From Eubacteriales bacterium (GTDB lineage: Bacteria > Bacillota > Clostridia > Oscillospirales > CAG-272), in assembly GCA_045595425.1 (NCBI GenBank), contig JAZOAL010000105.1, positions 1 to 62,446 of the forward strand: a DNA stretch of 62,446 nucleotides. Direction: 5' to 3'. The position numbers were made by a program, and so were the translations under genes. Within the stretch, counting starts at the first letter, position 1, and every line of letters begins with the position of its first letter. Shown in pieces: positions 54,443-62,446 of the stretch. Under the pieces are notes generated by a model, which was given only the letters and a program-made list of their open reading frames with translations, was not told where the DNA came from and made no database searches.

Positions 54443-56161
54443 ATGCTTAAAAGATTTATCGCTTACTATAAACCGCATATGAAAGTATTTACTCTTGATA
54501 TGCTGGCATCTCTGATCGTGGCGCTGATCGGAATAGTATATCCGATAGTGACCCGAGAGATGCTTAACAACCTCATTCCCGAACGAAAATACCGTCTTAT
54601 AGTGATAGCAGGCTTGGCACTTCTGGGGCTTTATCTTATCAGAATGCTTCTCAACTATTTCATTCAATATTACGGTCATGTTATGGGCGTTAAAATGCAG
54701 ACGCAAATGCGCACCGATATGTTTGCTCACCTGCAAAAGCTGCCATACAGCTTCTATGACAATAATGAAACCGGAAAGATCATGTCCCGAATGACAAATG
54801 ACCTTTTTGAGGTCAGCGAGCTTGCACACCACGGCCCTGAAAATCTTATCATTTCTGCTATTTCCATCATAACCTCCTTTGTCTATCTTTCAAGCATCAA
54901 CATCTGGCTGACGCTTATCATCTTTGCATGCGCGCCCTTTCTTCTCGTTGTTGCACTGATCCTTCGCAAAAAAATGCGTGACGCCTTCAGCGAAAGCAGA
55001 GCCGCAACCGCTCAGATAAATGCCTCTCTTGAGAGCAGTGTTTCCGGAATACGCGTTACAAAGGCATTTTGCAATGCTGCTAAAGAGCAGGAAAAATTTG
55101 AGGTCGGCAACAAGGAATATACCTCTTCCCGAAGCCGAGCTTACAAAGCAATGGGGCAATTCCATTCGGGAACATCCTTCATCACCGATATTTTTAATGT
55201 AATAATCCTTATTGCCGGAGGCTTTTTCCTCTATAACGGCGCGATAAATTTCGCAGATTATTCCGCATTCGTAGTCTCGGTAAACCTCTTTATCTCCCCT
55301 GTTATGACCCTGATCAATTTCATGGAGCAATATCAGAACGGTGTCACCGGATTCGCGCGTTTTCTTGAAATCATGGACGCAGAGCCCGAACATGACAGTG
55401 AAGGCGCGGCAGACGTTGAAAAAATCGAAGGTGAGATCGAGCTTAGAAACGTCACCTATGCGTACGATGGCGAAAAAGACGTTCTTGAGAAGGTTGATCT
55501 GAAAATAGAAAAAGGTAAGACCTTCGCCCTTGTAGGACCTTCAGGCGGAGGAAAAACGACCATATGCCATCTTATTCCCCATTTTTACGATGTTACATCG
55601 GGAGAGATCCTTATAGACGGCAAGGAGCTGCATACCATCACAATGGAGTCTCTTCGCCGCAATATCGGAATAGTTCAACAGGATATCTATTTATTCAATG
55701 CCAGTATAAGAGACAATATCCTCTATGGCAAGCTTGATGCAACCGAAGAAGAGATCATCGAAGCTGCAAAACGTGCAAACATTCACGACTATATAATGAC
55801 TCTTGAGCACGGTTACGACACGCAGATCGGCGAGCGCGGAGTCAGGCTGTCCGGCGGTCAAAAGCAAAGGCTTTCAATTGCCCGCGTGTTCCTTAAAAAC
55901 CCGCCTATTCTTATACTTGATGAAGCCACCAGCGCGCTTGACAATACAACAGAGATTCTTATTCAGCAAGCTCTCGACGAGCTTTGCCGAGGCAGAACCA
56001 CCCTTGTTGTGGCTCACCGCCTTTCCACCATTAAAAACGCAGATGAGATAGCCGTTGTTTCCGATGGTAAGATCGTTGAGCAAGGCACGCATACGGAGCT
56101 TCTTGCAAAGAACGGCACCTATTCAGAGCTTTATGAGCTCCAGTTCAGAAATAATCAGTAA
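54443..56161 (+). CDS. ABC exporter, fused permease/ATPase (MsbA/type I exporter-like)
   Basis: Six-TM domain followed by GPSGGGKTT Walker A, LSGGQKQRLSIAR signature, and ILILDEATSALD Walker B. Confidence 0.9.
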   Translation: MLKRFIAYYKPHMKVFTLDMLASLIVALIGIVYPIVTREMLNNLIPERKYRLIVIAGLALLGLYLIRMLLNYFIQYYGHVMGVKMQTQMRTDMFAHLQKLPYSFYDNNETGKIMSRMTNDLFEVSELAHHGPENLIISAISIITSFVYLSSINIWLTLIIFACAPFLLVVALILRKKMRDAFSESRAATAQINASLESSVSGIRVTKAFCNAAKEQEKFEVGNKEYTSSRSRAYKAMGQFHSGTSFITDIFNVIILIAGGFFLYNGAINFADYSAFVVSVNLFISPVMTLINFMEQYQNGVTGFARFLEIMDAEPEHDSEGAADVEKIEGEIELRNVTYAYDGEKDVLEKVDLKIEKGKTFALVGPSGGGKTTICHLIPHFYDVTSGEILIDGKELHTITMESLRRNIGIVQQDIYLFNASIRDNILYGKLDATEEEIIEAAKRANIHDYIMTLEHGYDTQIGERGVRLSGGQKQRLSIARVFLKNPPILILDEATSALDNTTEILIQQALDELCRGRTTLVVAHRLSTIKNADEIAVVSDGKIVEQGTHTELLAKNGTYSELYELQFRNNQ

Positions 56162-56209
56162 AAAGGACAGACCCATATGGTTGTACCCTAAAGGACAGTT
56201 TTCAAAAAT

Positions 56210-56237
56210 ACGGCATATCTCGAAAGAGGTATGCCGT
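56210..56237 (+). terminator. Hairpin terminator after the ABC gene
   Basis: ACGGCATATCTC-GAAA-GAGGTATGCCGT stem with one wobble pair, followed by GTTTCGCGTTT. The T-run is weak. Confidence 0.5.
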
Positions 56238-56340
56238 GTTTCGCGTTTGTGTCCACAAATGCAGTGCTTCGTATGCCTTAATTAAGGACTACAACCCATT
56301 TATTATTTTATTCGCTAAGTTTAAAAAGCTTGCACAAAAC

Positions 56341-56471
56341 AAAGGCTCCCTTGTGTAAAGGGACCTGACGCCGAAGGCGACTGGGGGATTGTTTAAAGAT
56401 CAATTCAACCTTTTACAATCCCTCCGTCACGGCAAGCCGTGCCACCTCCCCTTACACAGGGGAGGCTTTTT
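56341..56471. repeat. ~130-nt nested palindromic element
   Basis: Imperfect ~52-nt arms at 56341-56392 and 56415-56471 around a 22-nt loop. Each arm holds its own small hairpins (CCCTT/AAGGG, CGCC/GGCG, CACGGC/GCCGTG, CCTCCCC/GGGGAGG). Confidence 0.6.
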
Positions 56472-56642
56472 CTGATTAACGCTTCAATGCTTCTTGATAT
56501 ATTGGAATTTACGCATTATCCTTTTTTGAGTTTAGATAACGGATAATCCAAACCACTGCACATATATCCCACACTATTGCGCAAATAATATGTAGCACAA
56601 AAGATACAGAATTTGTATATCCATATTATTGCTCAACTGTCT

Positions 56643-57002
56643 ATGAATAATGACCAGTTGAAATTGTATGAGACTATTGATATTTCAGCAGAAGAGAGAG
56701 AAATAAGAAAGCAATTCAACAAGTCTCATGAAGATATTACATATAAAGACTTTCAAGAATTATCAAGAGAACAATTAAAGGTATTCTTTAACTATATGAT
56801 AGACCATATAGACATAAGAGAACTTGAAAATATAGGAAATGACCCAAGAGTTTATTTAGCAATCACAATACATCTTAAACTGAATGGGTATGCTCCCAAG
56901 TATTCCATAGAGTATTTGAAGAATATAAACACAGGAGAAAAACAAAAAGCAAGTCATTCTAAAAATGACTTGCTTAATGGTGGCGGAGAAGGAGAGATTT
57001 GA
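56643..57002 (+). CDS. Hypothetical protein in an AT-rich segment; its 3' end runs through the tRNA-Ser terminator and 22 nt of the tRNA gene
   Basis: 119-aa ORF with plausible helical composition, no clear RBS and no recognisable motif. The last 7 codons are encoded by the antisense strand of the tRNA. Confidence 0.3.
   Translation: MNNDQLKLYETIDISAEEREIRKQFNKSHEDITYKDFQELSREQLKVFFNYMIDHIDIRELENIGNDPRVYLAITIHLKLNGYAPKYSIEYLKNINTGEKQKASHSKNDLLNGGGEGEI
56936..56973 (-). terminator. Rho-independent terminator of tRNA-Ser
   Basis: GCAAGTCATT/AATGACTTGC 10-bp stem lying 7 nt after the CCA end, followed by TTTTTGTTTTTC on the minus strand. Confidence 0.75.
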
Positions 57003-57073
57003 ACTCTCGCGCCGGTTAAATCCGACCTACACCCTTAGCAGGGGCGCCTCTTCGGCCTCTTGAGTACTTCTCC
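56981..57073 (-). tRNA. tRNA-Ser (anticodon GCU), type II with a long variable arm and encoded CCA
   Basis: Hand-folded. Acceptor GGAGAAG/CTTCTCC; 3-bp D stem CTC/GAG; anticodon stem CGCCC/GGGTG with loop CTGCTAA; variable arm; T arm GAGAG-TTCAAAT-CTCTC; discriminator G plus CCA. Confidence 0.9.
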
Positions 57074-57112
57074 AAAAGATACGGGCAGCCTTTGCAGAAC
57101 CCGTACCCATAT

Positions 57113-57141
57113 ATTATACTCGCATTTGAGTGATTTGTCAA
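57113..57141 (-). promoter_or_regulatory. Sigma-A promoter of tRNA-Ser (TTGACA-17-TATAAT)
   Basis: Reverse complement of 57136-57141 is TTGACA and of 57113-57118 is TATAAT. Confidence 0.65.
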
Positions 57142-57207
57142 GTGATTTTTCAAATTATTTTGTTTGAATTATAATTTTTGCGAAAAATTACACATTTTGT
57201 TTTCAAT

Positions 57208-57735
57208 TTAATTTTCAGAATACAAATCCTTAGGTCTGAGAGATTCAATAATTTCAGCAAGCTTTGTATCCGGCGAAAACTTAATGCAGACTTTTCCTTC
57301 ACGGAGCTCCGCATACAAATAGTAGGCATCCTTCGGCATAAGATCCTGACAGTAGTCAAAACGCAGAATATCTTTTCCAAGCTTACCTGCATATTTTCCG
57401 GGAAGCTTCCCGTCCCTGCTGTAAATGAAATCGGTTATCTCATCCATATTTATGCGGCACACCGCCTTTGATCGCTTTCCGCTTACCTCGTTTATGACAA
57501 GGTCATAATCCCCCTCGCCTGCCTTCTGAGTTGAATAAACATATTTTCTGACCACATATCTTGTTGTCAGAAATATGGAAATTGCAAGAACGGCGAGTCC
57601 GGCAATCTGAAACGCTGTCGCATACGGCATAAAGTTAGACACATAAACGCACCCAAAACCTACAATAAATCCGGCAAGGGACACAAAAGAGCATTTCTTA
57701 ATATCTCTCGGCGGCATATAGGAATAGCTGTACAT
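57208..57735 (-). CDS. Hypothetical two-TM membrane protein
   Basis: ATG at 57735 after GGTGGTG. Two hydrophobic helices followed by a ~110-aa soluble domain. No recognisable motif. Confidence 0.5.
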   Translation of the reverse strand: MYSYSYMPPRDIKKCSFVSLAGFIVGFGCVYVSNFMPYATAFQIAGLAVLAISIFLTTRYVVRKYVYSTQKAGEGDYDLVINEVSGKRSKAVCRINMDEITDFIYSRDGKLPGKYAGKLGKDILRFDYCQDLMPKDAYYLYAELREGKVCIKFSPDTKLAEIIESLRPKDLYSEN

Positions 57736-57905
57736 ATTTTCACCACCTTCAGATATATTATACATTACTTTCATCTCTCTGTCAAGCCTGCACAGCCATG
57801 CGCTCGGTGAGCCTCCTCTGTCTTCGTCCTGTTAAAATAGCTTACAATATCCTCATCGGTATAAACATTTTTAGCATTTGAAATTCATTGGTTAAAAAAT
57901 GGTCT

Positions 57906-58766
57906 TCATAATAATTCCACTCCTATTTCACTCGGTCTTTCTTTTTCGGTCTGAGTAAATATACTGCCCGTATTTTTTCTGTATTCTGTTGGCGTAACTC
58001 CATATTCATGTCTGAACCGCCTTGAAAAATTGCTCATGTCGGGGAAGCCCGTCATTTCACATATCTCCTTGACGGTATATTCCGTTGAAACAAGCAACTC
58101 GCGGGCTGCCGCAAGGCGGCAAAGCAGGCGGTAGTTTTTAACGCTGTATCCGGTAACTTCCTTAAATATATGAGAAAGATAATATGTACTGATATGGAAA
58201 GCCGATGAGATATCGTCGAGAGAAAGCTCCTTTGAAAGGTCAGTCTCAAGCATCCGTCTGACCTCATGAACTATCGCACCGCGCTCCGTGCTTTGGTAAG
58301 GAAAGGACTCCGGGCTGTAGCGAAGAAGCTCTGTAAGAATAACTCTTAAAACAGCGGCAGCTCCGTCGCCAATGCTTTTATCACTCTCCTCATACTCCCT
58401 CAGAAGCATCGAAAAAAGCATGTCGAGTACCCCCGATATCTCTGAGACATCAACAACATTTGAGAAGCTCGATGGGCGGTCACAAAAAGGAGACATAAGC
58501 TTGTCCGAATCGATCTCGCGCATTGTCCCCTCAGGAAGAAACGCCACCGAAAATCTATCATAATTATCGCTTTCGTTTATAACCGAATGTTTCTCCAAAT
58601 TGCTGATAAATATCACCGATGGACGGTTTATGATCCATTCCTTCGAGGAAACACGGATCTTGACTCTCCCTCTTCTTACATAAATGAGCCTATGTTCGTT
58701 ATCATGGCTGTGGGGCGGATATTTTTTAGCACCAATTGAATGACTTACACTTCTGATACAGAACAT
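57906..58766 (-). CDS. AraC-family transcriptional regulator (cupin sensor domain plus HTH)
   Basis: N-terminal cupin-like PPHSHD.EHRLIYV..G. C-terminal dual HTH with the typical YSV..Y...CRL..A..LL and FS..FR...G.TP..YR. Confidence 0.85.
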   Translation of the reverse strand: MFCIRSVSHSIGAKKYPPHSHDNEHRLIYVRRGRVKIRVSSKEWIINRPSVIFISNLEKHSVINESDNYDRFSVAFLPEGTMREIDSDKLMSPFCDRPSSFSNVVDVSEISGVLDMLFSMLLREYEESDKSIGDGAAAVLRVILTELLRYSPESFPYQSTERGAIVHEVRRMLETDLSKELSLDDISSAFHISTYYLSHIFKEVTGYSVKNYRLLCRLAAARELLVSTEYTVKEICEMTGFPDMSNFSRRFRHEYGVTPTEYRKNTGSIFTQTEKERPSEIGVELL

Positions 58767-59052
58767 TTTAACCTCCCTATCATCATTATTACAAAAAATA
58801 ACAACTTTTACATAAAAAACGCAAAAACAATATAGGCAAATTTTTAAAAAACAGTTAAAACAGCACTAATGCTATTATACAGCATAAGAAAGTTTTTGTC
58901 TACCCGTTTTGAAAAAATTTCAAAACAAAATTTACATATTAGAAAGATAAAAAGACAATATTCAGGAAATGGCGCAATTTCCTATTGAAATTCGCAATTT
59001 TCCGCTTTCAAAATGTGTTTTTATTCATGATCATTCGCCCGTTTTAGTCATT

Positions 59053-59220
59053 TTATCCAAATGTGGAAAAGTCAATTTGTCGGCCTCCAAATCAAGTGAG
59101 GCTGTGGAAAACTCTGTTGAAACTGTGTAAAACCCAGCAATATCAAGGTCTGTTTTTTGAAAAACCAAATTCAGCCTGTGGAAAACTCGGCTTTGTTCTT
59201 GTCAAGGTCTTTTTTGAATT
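59053..59220. repeat. Cluster of TGTGGAAAA (DnaA-box-like) motifs and a ~75-bp imperfect direct repeat in a 620-bp non-coding gap
   Basis: TTATCCAAA at 59053-59061. TGTGGAAAA at 59062-59070, 59103-59111 and 59177-59185. CTGTGGAAAACTC...TCAAGGTCT(G)TTTTTTGAA occurs twice. Confidence 0.5.
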
Positions 59221-59337
59221 ATCTTGTTTTTCTACATTTTGCACAAACGAGCTTCAAAGGCTGAAATAATGATAAAAAAATCCTGCATATTAACACAGAT
59301 AGCGGTGAATTATGCAAAGAGAAAAACTCGATTTTTA

Positions 59338-59379
59338 ACAAAAATAAGGGTTTGTCGCGCAAGTACGCGAGACAAACCC
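59338..59379 (-). terminator. Rho-independent terminator of the MBOAT-DHHW operon
   Basis: GGGTTTGTC..GCG / CGC..GACAAACCC stem followed by TTATTTTTGT on the minus strand. Confidence 0.7.
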
Positions 59380-59386
59380 AATTATA

Positions 59387-60505
59387 TCAGTTTATTGTTT
59401 TAGAATTATTAAGCACAAGTGTGCTATAAAGGAAAAGAACATCCTGAGACTGGAAATTCACATTAAATCCCAGCATAGTTGAGGGAAGATACCGGATATC
59501 GATCACTGTTATCTTAGCATAATCTGCAGTCATAAGAGGAATAATGCTTCTTCCAAAGGAATCGCGGAAAACAATAAGCTCTTTATCAGTCTTTGCATCG
59601 GGATTTTCTATCGTAACCAGGGAAAGCTCTCCCGACATAAACATGTCATAAGGATCCTTTCCGTATGCTTTCTCCATGTCGTATATAGAGATCTCTTTAT
59701 TATTCTGATAGTCAAAAACCTTAACGTTTTCAAGATTTTCATTTGTCAGATAATTGATATTTTCAGCAGGCATCGGAAGTGCCGCCTGACCGTAATAAAC
59801 GCCATAGAATGGATTATCGAGCGTTTTTGTCTCGAAGGTGCTGTCATATTTTCCCCCCATGGAATTTACAAGAATCTCCGCAACATCAACAAGCTTTTCC
59901 TGCCTCCAATGGGTATCGGTTTTATAATAATCCTCAATAGAGAGCGCACCTGTTATATCAATATATTCCGCATAGTCCATTTTCTCTGTGAATTTATTTA
60001 TAAATTCATCATAATCCATGGAAAGATTTCCGTTTTCCTCGGCAAGAAAATATGCCTTATCGGGAATTATCGAAATATACGGGGTGATCCCCTTATCCTT
60101 TAAATATCTGTCATATATAAACTGAAAACGGCTTGTTGCATGTTCAATTGAGCTTTCATCCATGGGATATTGCATTTCCGCCGCATATCCGTCGGAAATG
60201 AAAATATTATTATTGTCCTTATGAAGAAAAATATAGTTTGAGCAAATTGCTTTGAGTGTTCTGAAAGCATCTCTGAAGGGGAAAGCGTCAAGGGCATATT
60301 CTTCAAATTTTGACATGAAGCTGTCTTTATAGTCAACTCCGTCCTTCATAATATTCTCAAAGGTAAATGCCGGGAATTTCTTGGATTCTCTGCGTTCCGC
60401 ATCAAGAAATTCATCCTTTGGCATAAAAAGGCAGAGAGCGGCAAGCGCAAACAAAACAAATGCCATTGATACGCAAACAACAATATTTTTGATTTTTGTA
60501 CTCAT
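59387..60505 (-). CDS. DHHW-family (AlgX/AlgJ-like) membrane-anchored protein
   Basis: N-terminal TM anchor. YYKTDTHW matches the DHHW signature region. Located directly downstream of an MBOAT gene. Confidence 0.65.
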   Translation of the reverse strand: MSTKIKNIVVCVSMAFVLFALAALCLFMPKDEFLDAERRESKKFPAFTFENIMKDGVDYKDSFMSKFEEYALDAFPFRDAFRTLKAICSNYIFLHKDNNNIFISDGYAAEMQYPMDESSIEHATSRFQFIYDRYLKDKGITPYISIIPDKAYFLAEENGNLSMDYDEFINKFTEKMDYAEYIDITGALSIEDYYKTDTHWRQEKLVDVAEILVNSMGGKYDSTFETKTLDNPFYGVYYGQAALPMPAENINYLTNENLENVKVFDYQNNKEISIYDMEKAYGKDPYDMFMSGELSLVTIENPDAKTDKELIVFRDSFGRSIIPLMTADYAKITVIDIRYLPSTMLGFNVNFQSQDVLFLYSTLVLNNSKTIN

Positions 60506-60519
60506 TTCACTGCCTCCTA

Positions 60520-61923
60520 TCAGAATCTGAAATAAAGGAACGGGCTAAAGGAACCGTCAACCAGATAGCTTGTAACCACAAGCAAAATTGCAATAAGAGC
60601 GATAGGCTCAAATATATTGATTATCTTTCCGGTTTTGCTTGATTCGGAAAGCTTTGTTGCAAGTTTTTTCACGATCGGAGTAGCGCCGATGATGGCAATA
60701 ATAAATATCACCGCATAGCTCCTCAGATAATATACGCTTTCGGCAGAGGAGAAGGAAATACCTCCTGCGCCGAACATTCCTCCTATATAGGTAACAGCCT
60801 CCCCGAGATCTGCGGCATTGAACAGAACAAAGCTGAAAACTGCCGCAAGCAGGGTGTAAACATGTCCGACGACCTTGCTTCGGTCAAGATATTTATATAT
60901 CCAGAATTTTTCTATAAGCAGCAATACGCCGAAGAATAAACCCCAGAGGATGAAATTCCATGCCGCACCGTGCCAAAATCCCGTCAGGAACCAGACAACG
61001 AAAATGTTAAATACATGTCGGAGCTTTGAAACCCTGTTTCCTCCGAGAGGAATATATACATAATCGCGGAACCATGATCCAAGTGACATATGCCAGCGTC
61101 TCCAAAACTCGGTAGCGCTTTTCGAAATATAGGGATAATTGAAGTTTTCAAGAAATTTGAAGCCAAGCATTTTTCCAAGACCGATCGCCATATCGCTGTA
61201 TCCGGAAAAATCAAAATAAATATAAAGTGCAACGGAAATTCCGTATATCCAGTACAGCAGAACCGTTTTTTCGTCTATTTCGCCCTTAATGATATCGCAA
61301 AGCTGGCTGAGACGGTCTGCAATAAGTATCTTCTTTCCGAGACCTATAATAAAGCGTCTCATACCCTCTGCACATTTGTCAATGGAGTGGGTACGCGTCT
61401 CAAGCTCTGCGGCAACATCAACATATCTGACAATAGGTCCCGCAATAAGCTGAGCAAACATGGAAACATACGCGGCGAGATTTATAATATTTTTCTGTGC
61501 CGGAACGCCTCTGTATACATCGATAACATAGCTTATCGTCTGGAAAGTATAGAAGCTGATGCCCACAGGAAGAGTGATTTGAAGCAGCTTTACAGAACTG
61601 CCTGTTATAGCATTAAAGTTTTCGATAAAGAAATTTGTGTATTTGAAATACAGCATAAATGCAAGAATGGAAGCCACCGAAAGCCACATAAACAGCAGTG
61701 ATATTTTCCTGTTCTGACGGAATCTGTCTATAAGCAGTCCGAAAACATATCCGATCAGGATGGCAACGACCATGAGTATTGCATATTTTACGCCGCCCCA
61801 AGCATAGAATATCAGGCTGAAAATAAGCAAAACGGCATTTTTCAGTTTGAAGGGCACCGCAAAATACAGCAAAAGAAAAGCCGCAAAAAAATAAAACAGA
61901 AAACTTATACTTGAGAACAGCAT
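60520..61923 (-). CDS. MBOAT-family O-acyltransferase (AlgI/DltB-like)
   Basis: FWRRWHMSLGSWFRDYVYIPLGGNR contains the conserved His. Polytopic protein. Confidence 0.9.
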   Translation of the reverse strand: MLFSSISFLFYFFAAFLLLYFAVPFKLKNAVLLIFSLIFYAWGGVKYAILMVVAILIGYVFGLLIDRFRQNRKISLLFMWLSVASILAFMLYFKYTNFFIENFNAITGSSVKLLQITLPVGISFYTFQTISYVIDVYRGVPAQKNIINLAAYVSMFAQLIAGPIVRYVDVAAELETRTHSIDKCAEGMRRFIIGLGKKILIADRLSQLCDIIKGEIDEKTVLLYWIYGISVALYIYFDFSGYSDMAIGLGKMLGFKFLENFNYPYISKSATEFWRRWHMSLGSWFRDYVYIPLGGNRVSKLRHVFNIFVVWFLTGFWHGAAWNFILWGLFFGVLLLIEKFWIYKYLDRSKVVGHVYTLLAAVFSFVLFNAADLGEAVTYIGGMFGAGGISFSSAESVYYLRSYAVIFIIAIIGATPIVKKLATKLSESSKTGKIINIFEPIALIAILLVVTSYLVDGSFSPFLYFRF

Positions 61924-62002
61924 TGCTTATCGGGAATTCCTTTCTACATTTATTATTTTGGGACTGCCGCTGATACAAGTGACAGTCCCTTTCGAGTTTT
62001 AA

Positions 62003-62446
62003 TTATGCAACTATGGCTTCATCAACAAGAACTGCTGCGCCTTCGATAGCGGCGGTAGTCTTTGCCGCGAAGGTATCAACTGCACCCTCGCCTACACCCC
62101 ACATAACAAGGAGATAGTCGCCGGGAACGCTCATGATAACGAGCTTCTCGGGGAAACCGCAGATCCACTGTCTGCCCATAATGTTTTCCTTGATTGCATC
62201 AACCATTGCGCTTGCGTCATCACCGTTTGCGAAATGGAAAGCAGAGCAAGTGAAGTTGTTAACATTCATACCGTGGAACATGGAAGCCGCATCGTCGATC
62301 TTTGCCGCGTCTGCAGCAGGATATCCGAGAAGCTCATCGTAATCTGTATCAGCGAGAGCAACGAACTTGCCGGGAGCGTCCATTGTAATAGAGTCAGCAT
62401 TGTAGGTGTTACCGCCGCCGATGAAGAACTTTTCGTCATCGCCATA
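62003..62446 (-). CDS. C-terminal part of a protein whose start lies beyond the window; possibly DUF4358-like
   Basis: The frame stays open to the window edge (YGDDEKFFIGGGNTYNADSITMDAPGKF...). Family call is from memory of MBOAT-associated lipoproteins. Confidence 0.35.
   Translation of the reverse strand, partial: YGDDEKFFIGGGNTYNADSITMDAPGKFVALADTDYDELLGYPAADAAKIDDAASMFHGMNVNNFTCSAFHFANGDDASAMVDAIKENIMGRQWICGFPEKLVIMSVPGDYLLVMWGVGEGAVDTFAAKTTAAIEGAAVLVDEAIVA

Noticed and set aside
56480-57141. Prophage or genomic island integrated at tRNA-Ser.
   Set aside because: There is no integrase, no phage genes and no att-like repeat of the tRNA 3' end in the window. Only a ~0.5-kb AT-rich remnant is defensible, and it is reported as such.
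59099-59220. Possible CRISPR array, because of the repeated CTGTGGAAAACTC modules.
   Set aside because: There are only two or three imperfect copies with unequal spacing, no regular repeat-spacer structure, and no cas genes in the window.
59063-59269. 68-aa plus-strand ORF in the 620-bp gap.
   Set aside because: No RBS and an implausible Cys/Phe/Lys-rich sequence. It overlaps the direct-repeat modules, which explain the open frame.

Overview
This 62.4-kb window looks like core chromosome of a spore-forming Clostridia-type Firmicute. That assignment is an inference from gene content: a pro-sigma-K-like sigma factor, a PASTA-domain PBP, a PPi-type PFK, and roughly mid-40s %GC judged by eye. 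About 80% of genes lie on the minus strand.

The centrepiece is a complete but unusually composed dcw cluster (28184 to 13603, minus strand). Its order is mraZ-rsmH-ftsL-[TIM-barrel gene]-PBP-murE-murF-mraY-ftsW-murG-ftsQ-ftsZ, with no murD, murC, murB, ddl or ftsA inside it.

Other blocks:
- A glycolipid/LTA envelope module at 4166-11819: PAP2_C, UgtP-like GT28, CrtO-like acyltransferase, ICMT-like methyltransferase, MOP flippase, and an LtaS-family enzyme.
- rplS standing alone with its own promoter and leader.
- pfp, folD-lgt, an M16 peptidase pair, and coaD-rsmD-uvrC.
- ptsH, two DUF4330-like paralogs, and an O-antigen-ligase-like gene coupled to trmD-rimM.
- yajC; a ricin/Big_2/cysteine-peptidase-like secreted protein; a divergent MgsA-like gene next to an orphan MinD-like ATPase; typA.
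- A long ArsR-family protein, a MATE transporter, glyA, and an ABC exporter.
- A monocistronic tRNA-Ser(GCU), an AraC regulator, and a DHHW + MBOAT O-acylation module.

I see no rRNA, CRISPR array, transposase, integrase or recognisable defence system. The candidates for novelty are:
- A promoter-driven, hairpin-dense ~270-nt RNA at 120-396 that I cannot assign to a family.
- A small family of intergenic inverted-repeat/palindromic elements at 6560-6632, 7588-7635 and 36196-36411, plus an unrelated nested palindrome at 56341-56471.
- A 10-nt extended -35 motif shared by four loci.
- A few atypical proteins and gene arrangements.

All functional calls come from reading motifs in the translated ORFs. 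No database search was possible.
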